From positions 1 to 28,442 of the forward strand of contig JAWOBU010000167.1 of assembly GCA_046484135.1 (NCBI GenBank): a stretch of 28,442 nt of DNA, given 5' to 3'. Of this stretch, positions 1 to 8,375 are shown in pieces (within the stretch, counting starts at the first letter, position 1; every line of letters starts with the position of its first letter). This DNA comes from a bacterium (GTDB lineage: Bacteria > RBG-13-61-14 > DATKZS01). The translations under genes and the position numbers were made by a program. The notes below the pieces were generated by a model. That model worked only from the letters and a program-made list of their open reading frames with translations, was not told the DNA's origin and did no database searches.

Positions 1-59
1 CCGGACAACAGAGAAGACAAAATTGCCGGGACAAGAACCTGTAAAGGAGTAATCCGGAA

Positions 60-410
60 ATGAGTGATGAAGCGCAGAAGTTTGAAGAGATCAAGAACAA
101 GATCAAGTGGAACGACAACGGCTTAGTGCCGGCCATTACCCAGGACGTGGAAGACGGCCAGGTCCTCATGATGGCCTGGATGAACGAGGAGTCTTTGAAG
201 CTCACCCTCGAGACCCGGCTGTGCCACTACTACAGCAGGTCCCGGCAGAAACTGTGGAAGAAGGGGGAGACCTCGCAAAGCCTCCAGCACGTTAAATGGA
301 TCAAGTACGACTGCGACGGCGACACCCTGCTCATTGGAATACACCAGGACGGCAACGCCTGCCACACCGGCCAAAGGTCATGCTTTTACAGGGACCTGGA
401 AACCGAGTAG
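60..410 (+). CDS. hisI: phosphoribosyl-AMP cyclohydrolase
   Basis: Motifs [52 protein letters not shown] upstream. Confidence 0.96.
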   Translation: MSDEAQKFEEIKNKIKWNDNGLVPAITQDVEDGQVLMMAWMNEESLKLTLETRLCHYYSRSRQKLWKKGETSQSLQHVKWIKYDCDGDTLLIGIHQDGNACHTGQRSCFYRDLETE

Positions 411-476
411 GAGGCACAAAAGAGATTGCCGGCACTTTGAGGAAAGTTTGAAACAGCCCGACAGGGAGAAGAAAAA

Positions 477-938
477 ATGAACGACCGTCCGCACGGATTG
501 TTCTACGAGGACCTGGAGGAGGGAGCGTCATACGTTAGCAAGGCCCGGACCGTAACCGAAGCGGACGTGGTCAACTTCGCGGGCATCTCCGGCGACTTCA
601 ATGAACTCCACATGAACGACGAGCACGCTAAAAAGACCGCCTTCGGTAAAAGGATCGCCCACGGTATGCTGGGGCTTTCTATCTGCTCGGGCCTGGTCCA
701 GCAGTTGGACCTGTACAACGACACCCTGGTGGCATTCCTCGGGCTTAACTGGAGCTTTAAGAAACCCATATTTATAGGAGACACCGTGCACGCCGTCCAG
801 ACCATAAAAAGCAAAAGGGAAACCAGAAACCCGGCCCGGGGCATCGTGGTGCTGGAGACCTCTCTCAAGAACCAGGACGGCGAAGTGGTACAGGAGGGCG
901 AACGCACGGTCATGATAAGGACCAGAGCAGGCGGCTGA
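477..938 (+). CDS. MaoC-family (hot-dog fold) dehydratase / (R)-enoyl-CoA hydratase
   Basis: FAGISGDFNELH (D-x4-H dyad), FGKRIAHG, F.KPIFIGDT motifs. Confidence 0.9.
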   Translation: MNDRPHGLFYEDLEEGASYVSKARTVTEADVVNFAGISGDFNELHMNDEHAKKTAFGKRIAHGMLGLSICSGLVQQLDLYNDTLVAFLGLNWSFKKPIFIGDTVHAVQTIKSKRETRNPARGIVVLETSLKNQDGEVVQEGERTVMIRTRAGG

Positions 939-970
939 AATCATACCAAGCGTGAAAGCAGTCTCTCGAA

Positions 971-1030
971 TCGCGACTTCCGTTGCTCGCACACAGTAGA
1001 GTTTATATGTGCGAGAGGCTTGAGCCGCGA
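971..1030. repeat. inverted pair of 22-bp REP-like elements (REPIN-like)
   Basis: 971-992 reads GTGCGAGCAACGGAAGTCGCGA on the minus strand; 1009-1030 reads GTGCGAGAGGCTTGAGCCGCGA on the plus strand; both resemble the copy at 19323. Confidence 0.7.
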
Positions 1031-1129
1031 AAAACACGTATTCAACAGAATTGCGCCCGGCCGCCATTACTTTTGCGTAAACTGTTCCCTTGACTTCAGA
1101 CTCGTCTCCGGCCAGACTGGGAAGCGGTC

Positions 1130-1699
1130 ATGAACGAAAAGATAGTTTACCGGATTGGACTGGCTGTTGCTGTGGCGCTTTGTGCGGCGTTGTTCTCGCC
1201 CGTCCTGGAAGCACTGCTTTTTCAGACCCGGCACCTGGAAGCCATGACCAGGGACTGGTTCGCCTTGCTCTGCCACCAAGAGCCCGCCCGGAGCTGCCGC
1301 CTTTTCGGTGTCTTTTTGCCGGTATGCGCGAGATGCACCGGCCTGTACACCGGCTTTCTTGTTGCCTGGAGCTTATGGCGTCTCGTCCCGGAAAAACGGC
1401 GCCGGCTACCCGTGTCAAACGCAGTGCTTTTTATCGGCATCGCTCCCATGTGTATGGACGGCGTTTTGAACCTCGCGGGCATTGTGGATTCACCCGCCCA
1501 TTTGCGGTTTTTAACCGGCTTCATGTTCAGTGCAGTGGCGGCAAGATCGCTCTGGCCCGCGCTTCTCGAAGCGGTCTCCTTGCTTAAGTCCCTCTCCGGA
1601 AAGAAGTCGGCCAGTGATGAAAACGCCGTAACTCGGGCCGGCCCTGAAGATCAACCCCATATTTTTACAGGAGAAGAACTTTGGAAAGGTCGTTATTAA
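1130..1699 (+). CDS. DUF2085-type membrane protein
   Basis: CHQ.P.RS...G...PVCARCTGLY motif, later P...DG and R.LTG motifs, several hydrophobic segments. Confidence 0.85.
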   Translation: MNEKIVYRIGLAVAVALCAALFSPVLEALLFQTRHLEAMTRDWFALLCHQEPARSCRLFGVFLPVCARCTGLYTGFLVAWSLWRLVPEKRRRLPVSNAVLFIGIAPMCMDGVLNLAGIVDSPAHLRFLTGFMFSAVAARSLWPALLEAVSLLKSLSGKKSASDENAVTRAGPEDQPHIFTGEELWKGRY

Positions 1700-2412
1700 C
1701 AAGAGCCATACTCACGGGCGGGATTGCCAGCGGGGTTTTGAGCGGCATACCGCTTCTCGGCTATCCTAACTGCTGCTGTTGCTGCATCTGGTACATTATG
1801 GGAGGAATGATTGCCTCCTATGTCGTGGTCTACTACTCGCCATTTTATCCGTCGGACGGAAGCGGAGCACTGGCCGGACTGGGCGCGGGAGCGCTGTGCG
1901 GGCTCATTAACTCCATCATGAACATGCTCTTTCAGCTTGTGAGCCCCTCGCAATTAGACCCGGAAACCATCGAGCCGTTCTTACAGAACCTGCCGCCCCA
2001 GTTCCAGGACTCTTTTTTACAAGGGCTTCAGCAGGGGACTTCTTTCGTCAGCATTATTATAGGCATGTTCTTTCTGATCCTGGTATCATGCGCGGTGGCG
2101 ACCTTTGGAGGGCTTCTGGGGATAAGAATCTTCCGGCCGCTTCGCATGATGGCGCCCGCGGCATGGCCGCCGCCCGGCCAATACCCCTGGCCGCCGTTTT
2201 ATGGCCCCGGACCCGGCCAGGGACAGCCGCCCGGACCTTCCGGCGGCGCTCCTCCCGCTCCTTCCGGATATCAAAACCCGACGCAGGAACCAGGAACATC
2301 GCCCGAGACCGGCCGGCCGGAAGAGGGGCACTCCGAAGAAGATAAGAAAGGGCCGGGCGAGCAAGGTCCCAATTCCGGCGGGTCAATCCCTCCGGGCTGG
2401 GGAGGACCGTAA
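1681..2412 (+). CDS. hypothetical multi-pass membrane protein with a CCCCC run and Pro/Gly-rich C-terminal tail
   Basis: TTG start preceded by AGGAGA; about four hydrophobic segments; NCCCCC (Cys codons 1771-1785); overlaps the upstream gene by 19 nt. Confidence 0.75.
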   Translation: MERSLLTRAILTGGIASGVLSGIPLLGYPNCCCCCIWYIMGGMIASYVVVYYSPFYPSDGSGALAGLGAGALCGLINSIMNMLFQLVSPSQLDPETIEPFLQNLPPQFQDSFLQGLQQGTSFVSIIIGMFFLILVSCAVATFGGLLGIRIFRPLRMMAPAAWPPPGQYPWPPFYGPGPGQGQPPGPSGGAPPAPSGYQNPTQEPGTSPETGRPEEGHSEEDKKGPGEQGPNSGGSIPPGWGGP

Positions 2413-2504
2413 TCTCCTTGCAAAAGCAGGTTACGTGCAGGAAAATAAGGACGATCAGGCAGATGAATACAATCGAGTGTGTACTCTTAAAAGGAGGTAC
2501 TTAA

Positions 2505-4496
2505 ATGGGCAAAGGATACATGGGAAAGATACTGTGGGTTGACCTGTCTTCCGGCGACATAAAGGACGAACAGATATCGGAAGAGACCTACAAGAAGTTC
2601 ATGACCGGTTACGGTCTTGGGGCCAAGCTGTTGTACGACCGTATTCCGCCCGGTGCCGATCCTTTGGGTCCGGAGAACATACTGGGTTTATGCTCGGGGC
2701 TTTTGACCGGCACGGGCGCGCTCTTCGCCGGCAGGTTCATGGTGGTGGCCAAGTCCCCCCTTACCCTGGGATGGGGGGACGCCAACTGCGGCGGGAACCT
2801 GAGCCCGGCCCTTAAACAGGCCGGCTACGACGGAGTGTTCTTTCAGGGCAAATCCGAAAAACCGGTTTACCTTTACTTGACCGACGAAAAAGCCGAGCTC
2901 CGAGATGCGTCGGGCCTGTGGGGAAAAGACGTGGTCGAAACCGAGGCGGCTCTTCGTGAAGAGACCGGAGACAAGAAAGCAAGGATGGCGTCCATCGGAC
3001 CGGCCGCGGAGAAGCTGTCCCTTATAAGCGGCATAGCCAATGACAACGGCAGGTACGCCGCCAGAAGCGGGCTCGGCGCAGTCATGGGAAGCAAGAACCT
3101 GAAGGCGGTGGTGGCCTCCGGAAGACAGAAAATCGAGTCCGAGAACTCAGACCGGATCAAGGCCCTGTCCAAAGATTTCGGCAAGTCCTTGAACAGAAGG
3201 GACGCCCTGCAGAAGATACTGGGCTCCCGCCTGGTCAAGACCGCGGGGAAGCTGACCCGGATCTCGCCCATGGCCATGGCCCAAGGCGGCGACCTGTGGT
3301 GCCAGGTCTTGAAAAAGTACGGCACCATGGGGGTGACCTCCATGTCCGCGGAGTCCGGTGACAGCCCGGTCAAGAATTGGGGAGGGGCAGGGCACTTCGA
3401 CTTTCCCCTCGACAAGGCAACCAAAATAAGCGACGATTCGGTCCTGAAGTACGAGGATAAAAAGTACGGCTGTTTTTCCTGTCCCATCCGTTGCGGCGGC
3501 ATCGTGAAAGTAGAGGACGGGCCCTGGCCCCTGGAGGAAAGCCACAAGCCCGAGTACGAGACCCTGTGTTCGTTCGGGACACTGTGCCTGATTGACGACG
3601 TTTACGCCATCTTTAAGCTGAACGATATGTGCAACCGCGCCGGCCTGGACACCATCTCCGCCGGAGCAGTGGTGGCCTTTGCCATCGAGTGCTTCGAGAA
3701 CGGCATTCTGACCAAGGACGACCTGGACGGGCTCGAACCCCGCTGGGGCAACGCCAAGGACGCCATGGCCCTTCTGGAAAAAGTCATAAACCGGGAAGGC
3801 ATCGGCGACGTACTCGCCGACGGAGTCAAACGGGCCGCGGAGAAGATCGGCAAAGGGGCCGAGAAGTTCGCGGTCCACGCCGGCGGCCAGGAGCTGCCCA
3901 TGCACGACCCCAAGTTCGACGTACTGCAGGGACTGGCGTATGAAGCAGAGCCTACGCCGGGTCGCCACACCATCTCCGGGTTTGTCTGGCAGGAGCTCAT
4001 CCAGCTCGACAAGTACAGCCCTGACGCGGACAAGGTCAAGCCCTTCATGAGCAAAAAGAAAAAGACCGACCCTCACGGGAAAGCCAAGAACCAGTCCATC
4101 AACTCCAACCTCATGCAGGTGGTAAACGGAGCCGGGGTCTGTCTGTTCGGGCTCTCATGCGGGCCCAAGCTGCCGCTCTTCGAGTACCTGAACGCCGCCA
4201 CCGGCTGGGAGTTCTCAGACAACCAGTGGTTCGAGGTCGGCGAGCGGATCGAGACCCTGCGACATGCTTTCAACGTGCGGGAAGGAATAACCTACAAGGA
4301 CACCAGGATGTCCGGCCGTGCCAAGGGACAGCCTCCGTTGGAGAAAGGACCGCATGCCGGCGTCACCATTGACTCGGAAACCCTGGCCCGGGAGTTCTAC
4401 GAAAAGATGGGCTGGGACTTCGAGACCGGCAAGCCCTTGAAGGAAAGGCTGGAGAAGCTGGGACTCGACGAGGTGATAAAGGACATCTACGGCTGA
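2505..4496 (+). CDS. aor: aldehyde:ferredoxin oxidoreductase family protein (W/Mo-pterin, 4Fe-4S)
   Basis: GYMGKILWVDLS N-terminus, KSPLT, AARSGLGAVMGSKNLKA, CxxCPxxC, EYET, GLDTIS; AGGAGG RBS. Confidence 0.93.
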   Translation: MGKGYMGKILWVDLSSGDIKDEQISEETYKKFMTGYGLGAKLLYDRIPPGADPLGPENILGLCSGLLTGTGALFAGRFMVVAKSPLTLGWGDANCGGNLSPALKQAGYDGVFFQGKSEKPVYLYLTDEKAELRDASGLWGKDVVETEAALREETGDKKARMASIGPAAEKLSLISGIANDNGRYAARSGLGAVMGSKNLKAVVASGRQKIESENSDRIKALSKDFGKSLNRRDALQKILGSRLVKTAGKLTRISPMAMAQGGDLWCQVLKKYGTMGVTSMSAESGDSPVKNWGGAGHFDFPLDKATKISDDSVLKYEDKKYGCFSCPIRCGGIVKVEDGPWPLEESHKPEYETLCSFGTLCLIDDVYAIFKLNDMCNRAGLDTISAGAVVAFAIECFENGILTKDDLDGLEPRWGNAKDAMALLEKVINREGIGDVLADGVKRAAEKIGKGAEKFAVHAGGQELPMHDPKFDVLQGLAYEAEPTPGRHTISGFVWQELIQLDKYSPDADKVKPFMSKKKKTDPHGKAKNQSINSNLMQVVNGAGVCLFGLSCGPKLPLFEYLNAATGWEFSDNQWFEVGERIETLRHAFNVREGITYKDTRMSGRAKGQPPLEKGPHAGVTIDSETLAREFYEKMGWDFETGKPLKERLEKLGLDEVIKDIYG

Positions 4497-4509
4497 GAAG
4501 CTTTCGAAC

Positions 4510-4803
4510 ATGGTCCATCAAACTATCCAGATACATTTCAAGCTGGCCGGATTCCTGGACGGGCAGATGATGACTTACCAGTTCGACCTGGAGGTCCCTC
4601 AAGGGGTGTCCCTGAAAAAGGCTTTCAAGTTGGCGGACAAGTCCCGGCATTACAAGGGCAAGCTCATTAAAAGAATCCTGAAAATGCCCCGGCCACCCAC
4701 CGTTCTTTTGAACGGCAACTCATTGGACGTGCCCGGCGACCTTGACACCGAGCTCGGGCAAGGGGACGAGGTCGCGATCATGACGCCCGTAGGAGGAGGA
4801 TAA
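4510..4803 (+). CDS. MoaD/ThiS-family ubiquitin-like sulfur carrier
   Basis: VLLNG...L.QGDEVAIMTPVGGG with C-terminal diglycine; directly downstream of the AOR gene. Confidence 0.85.
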   Translation: MVHQTIQIHFKLAGFLDGQMMTYQFDLEVPQGVSLKKAFKLADKSRHYKGKLIKRILKMPRPPTVLLNGNSLDVPGDLDTELGQGDEVAIMTPVGGG

Positions 4804-4813
4804 GGAGAAGAAA

Positions 4814-5647
4814 TTGAAAACGGAACAAGGGAGCTTCACTGGCGCCCGCGGGGTGGAAATCTTCTGGCAGGCCTGGATACCGGACACCATCCGGGCCGTA
4901 TGCATGATAGCGCACGGACTGGGCGAGCACTCGGCAAGATACGAGCACGTGGCCGCCGCCCTGGTCGAGCGGGACCTGGCCTGCTTCGCCCTCGATCACC
5001 GCGGGCACGGCCGCTCCGGCGGCAAAAGGGGACACGTTCTTAGCTTCGAGGAGTATGAAAACGACCTGGAGATTTTGCACAGGCAGGTCCGGGAGCGCTT
5101 CCAGGACATGCCCGTCTTTCTTGTCGGGCACAGCATGGGAGGGCTCATAAGCGCAGGCTACGCCATAACCAAAGGCCACGGCCTGGCCGGGCTCATTCTC
5201 TCTTCCGCCGCGCTCCGGGTGGATGTGGACGAGCCCGCCATCAAGCTGGCCCTGGGAAGACTGTTCAGCAAAGTTTTTCCCTTCGTTACCATGTCCAACG
5301 GACTGGACCCGGAGTTCATCTCGCACGATCCGGACGTAGTACAGAATTATAAAAACGATCCCCTGGTACACGACCGGGTCTCCGCCCGGTGGTTCACCGA
5401 GTTTCTGAACGCAATTGACAGGGTCCAGCAGAATGCCCACCAGATAACCGTTCCCGTCCTGGTCATGCAGTCGGGAGACGACAACATGGTAAACCCTGCC
5501 GGCGCCCGCGAGTTCCACGACCGGCTCACTACCGAGGACTCCGCCCTCCAGTACTGGGACGGGTTCTATCACGAGATGTTCAATGAAACGCAAAAGCAAA
5601 AGCCCATCTCCTTCATGATCGAATGGATAGAAAAGCGCCTCCCCTGA
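4814..5647 (+). CDS. alpha/beta hydrolase, lysophospholipase / monoacylglycerol lipase-like
   Basis: HGLGEHSARY, DHRGHGRS, GHSMGG nucleophile elbow, catalytic Asp (GDDNMV) and His (YHEMFNE); TTG start with AAGGAG RBS. Confidence 0.9.
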   Translation: MKTEQGSFTGARGVEIFWQAWIPDTIRAVCMIAHGLGEHSARYEHVAAALVERDLACFALDHRGHGRSGGKRGHVLSFEEYENDLEILHRQVRERFQDMPVFLVGHSMGGLISAGYAITKGHGLAGLILSSAALRVDVDEPAIKLALGRLFSKVFPFVTMSNGLDPEFISHDPDVVQNYKNDPLVHDRVSARWFTEFLNAIDRVQQNAHQITVPVLVMQSGDDNMVNPAGAREFHDRLTTEDSALQYWDGFYHEMFNETQKQKPISFMIEWIEKRLP

Positions 5648-5662
5648 GGACCGGAACAAGCC

Positions 5663-6166
5663 ATGCCTCCTTATAAAGAGGTCGTTCCCAAATCAGGTTA
5701 CTCGTCGCTCCTCCTGTTTGTGCTTGCCCTGTTTCTACTGGCCACGGGCGACTGCGACAACAGCGGCAAGAACGGGAGTTCCCGCGGAAACCACGCCGCG
5801 GTGGTGCTGGAGAACCAAAGGGGCGACACCTGGAGGGTCGAGGTTGAAGTCGCCCGGACGCCGGAACAGATAAAAAGAGGGCTCATGTTCCGGAAGGACC
5901 TCCCCCCCGACCGCGGAATGCTCTTTGTCTTTGACGAGGTAAAGGTGCACACCTTCTGGATGAAGAATACCTACATCCCTTTGGACATCATATTTATAGC
6001 CCCGGACAAGACCGTGGCCGGAGTAGTGGAAAACGCTGAGCCAAAGACACTTACTCCCAGAAGAATAGACAAGCCCAGCAAGTGGGGCCTGGAAGTGAAC
6101 GCCGGAGAGGCGGATCGGCATCACATCCGGCCGGGCGACCGGGTGTACTTCAAGGATGTGGAGTAA
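5663..6166 (+). CDS. DUF192-family protein with N-terminal hydrophobic anchor
   Basis: VEVART....RGLMFR, GMLFVF, FWMKNTYIPLDIIF, LEVNAG motifs. Confidence 0.9.
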   Translation: MPPYKEVVPKSGYSSLLLFVLALFLLATGDCDNSGKNGSSRGNHAAVVLENQRGDTWRVEVEVARTPEQIKRGLMFRKDLPPDRGMLFVFDEVKVHTFWMKNTYIPLDIIFIAPDKTVAGVVENAEPKTLTPRRIDKPSKWGLEVNAGEADRHHIRPGDRVYFKDVE

Positions 6167-6172
6167 AGAGCC

Positions 6173-8302
6173 ATGTACAAAGAGATGGACCTCTGCGGGA
6201 GCTGGGACATACTGCCGGTAAAGAGGTTCGACGGAAATTACGACTTTGCCTCCGGCTGTTTGAAAGCCACCGTGCCCGGCCACTGGCAACAGACCGCCGG
6301 CCTGGAAAACCACACCGGCAAGACCGTCTATAAAAAGAGGTTCCAGTTCAGGCCCGAGCCCGGAAAGCGGCTGTTCATTCGCTTCGGAGGCGTCTTCTAC
6401 TGGTATACTGTCTATCTGAACGGCGTAAGGCTGGGCGCGAACGAAGGCTACTTCTTTCCGGTGGACTACGAGGTGACCGGCCTGATGGCTGAGGACAACG
6501 AGCTGCTCGTGGAAGCGGATTGTCCCGCCGAAGAGAACAAAACCGAAAAGCGGCAGATCACGGGCGTTTTTCACCACTGGGTGTCCATGGACCCGGACGC
6601 CAACCCCGGAGGGATATGGCTGCCGGTGGAGATACTGTCCACCGGACCCGTCCGGATCACGGAGCCTTTCTTCAGCACCGTCTACATAAAAAGCGACGGC
6701 TCACGGGCGCGTCTTTTCGGAGAGATCACCATCAACTCCGATAAAGAGTCCGACCTCGAGATCCACATATCCTTCGTGCCCCGGACCTTTGACGGAGAAA
6801 CGCAAATCTTTACAAGACAGGTGTACGTATCAGCCGGAGAGCGGACTTACCAGTACCAACTGGACCTTTATAACCCGGTGCTCTGGTGGACCCACGACCA
6901 TGGCCGCCCGGAGCTCTACACCCTCGAAGTAAAAGCAACAGTAAAAGGAGAAAGCGACCCCTCCGACACCTTCCATGCCCCCTTCGGCGTCCGGACCGTG
7001 GAGATGAGAAACTACGTTACTTACTTGAACGGCAGAAGGTTGTACGTCCGCGGCAACAACTATCCGCCTGGAGACGTGCGTATCGCGGATATGACCAAAG
7101 AGCGCGCCGAACAGGACGTGGACCTCGTCATGAAGTGCAATCTAAACATGCTCCGCGTCCACGGACACGTAGGTCATCCCGCTTTTTACGAGGTATGCGA
7201 TGAAAAAGGCATGCTCGTCTGGCAGGATTTTCCCCTCCAGTGGGGCTACAGCAAAGAGGTCCAGCCCCAGGCCCTGCGACAGACCGGAAAGATGGTAAAG
7301 CACTTGGGCAATCATCCGTCCATCGCTCTCTGGTGCATGCACAACGAGCCTTTCCGGATGTACGACCCGGCCAAACGGCCGGGGCCGCTTGACCTTGTCA
7401 TGCTCCTTTTCACCAGGTACATAAGAAGCCGCGACCGGGAGGTCATGGACCCGGAGCTTGCCGCCCGCACGCGCTTTCTGGACCCGCACCGGCCGGCAAT
7501 CGAGAGCTCGGGCGAGCGGGGAGTGTTCCGCAAGCCGGGCGACACCCACCTGTACTATGGATGGCACATGGGCCCGCTCTCAAGGCTTCATAAGAAGTAT
7601 CGCAAGAGACCGGAGCTTTTCCGCTTTGTCTCCGAGTTCGGGGCCCAGTCTTTTCCCGAGCCGGAGAGCGCCCGCCGCTTCATGGAAGCTGACCTTGCCA
7701 GGCTCGATTTCAAGAAGTTGCAGATAAAGCACCAATGCCGGCCGCTCGTCATGAAGGCATACTTGAACCCGAAAAAGTACAAGACCCTGGAAGAGCTTAT
7801 CCGGGCGTCCCAGGGTTACCAGTCGCGCCTTAACCGCTATTACATTGACCGGGCGCGGGCCTTGAAGTACAAGCCCTGTGGGGGGTGTCTCGCTTATATT
7901 TTTGTTGACGCAAACCCTGCCGTGCAGTGGTCGGTGTTGGATTACTGGCGGGTGCCCAAAAATAGCTACTACGAGCTTAAAAAGGCCATGAGCCCGGTGT
8001 ACGCCTTTACCGTCTTGGAGAAGAAAAAATTCCGGCGAAACCAGGTGGTGAGCATTCCCGTGTACGCGGTAAACGACAGGTGGAAAGAGGCGGGGATACA
8101 CGTAAAGCTTTCCGTGGTTTCTCCCGCGGGTGACGTGGTGCTGGAGAAGGACCATGCCGAGACCTTGGAGGCCGACTCGATGGCGCTTGCGCTTATGAAC
8201 GCAGAGGTCCGGCTTCGGTGGCAGGGCATCTACCGGCTTGTAATTCATCTGCAAGCCGAAGATGTCACTCTCGAGAACGAGTACGAGCTCGAGGTCAAGT
8301 AA
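6173..8302 (+). CDS. glycoside hydrolase family 2, beta-mannosidase-like
   Basis: LWWTHDHGRPELY, FGVRTV, NMLRVH, GMLVWQDF, NHPSIALWCMHNEP (acid/base Glu), FVSEFG (nucleophile Glu); no signal peptide. Confidence 0.88.
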   Translation: MYKEMDLCGSWDILPVKRFDGNYDFASGCLKATVPGHWQQTAGLENHTGKTVYKKRFQFRPEPGKRLFIRFGGVFYWYTVYLNGVRLGANEGYFFPVDYEVTGLMAEDNELLVEADCPAEENKTEKRQITGVFHHWVSMDPDANPGGIWLPVEILSTGPVRITEPFFSTVYIKSDGSRARLFGEITINSDKESDLEIHISFVPRTFDGETQIFTRQVYVSAGERTYQYQLDLYNPVLWWTHDHGRPELYTLEVKATVKGESDPSDTFHAPFGVRTVEMRNYVTYLNGRRLYVRGNNYPPGDVRIADMTKERAEQDVDLVMKCNLNMLRVHGHVGHPAFYEVCDEKGMLVWQDFPLQWGYSKEVQPQALRQTGKMVKHLGNHPSIALWCMHNEPFRMYDPAKRPGPLDLVMLLFTRYIRSRDREVMDPELAARTRFLDPHRPAIESSGERGVFRKPGDTHLYYGWHMGPLSRLHKKYRKRPELFRFVSEFGAQSFPEPESARRFMEADLARLDFKKLQIKHQCRPLVMKAYLNPKKYKTLEELIRASQGYQSRLNRYYIDRARALKYKPCGGCLAYIFVDANPAVQWSVLDYWRVPKNSYYELKKAMSPVYAFTVLEKKKFRRNQVVSIPVYAVNDRWKEAGIHVKLSVVSPAGDVVLEKDHAETLEADSMALALMNAEVRLRWQGIYRLVIHLQAEDVTLENEYELEVK

Positions 8303-8330
8303 TTGAGAGGCTGCGTAATTAAAAGGGGAG

Positions 8331-8359
8331 CCCGGCTAGCTTTGCTGTCCGGGTAGCAC
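8331..8359 (-). repeat. imperfect hairpin with REP-like layout (GTGC-TA-stem-loop)
   Basis: Minus strand reads GTGC TA CCCGGACAGC AAA GCTAGCCGGG; intergenic; single copy in the window. Confidence 0.35.
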
Positions 8360-8375
8360 TTGAGTGGAGTTTGCC

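Noticed and set aside
971..1030. Possible CRISPR repeats or tRNA fragment
   Set aside because: Copies are inverted or dispersed, with no regular spacers, no cas genes and no cloverleaf.
4494..4510. Selenocysteine readthrough at the AOR TGA stop and other TGA stops
   Set aside because: The proteins are already full length at these stops, which do not fall at conserved Cys positions.
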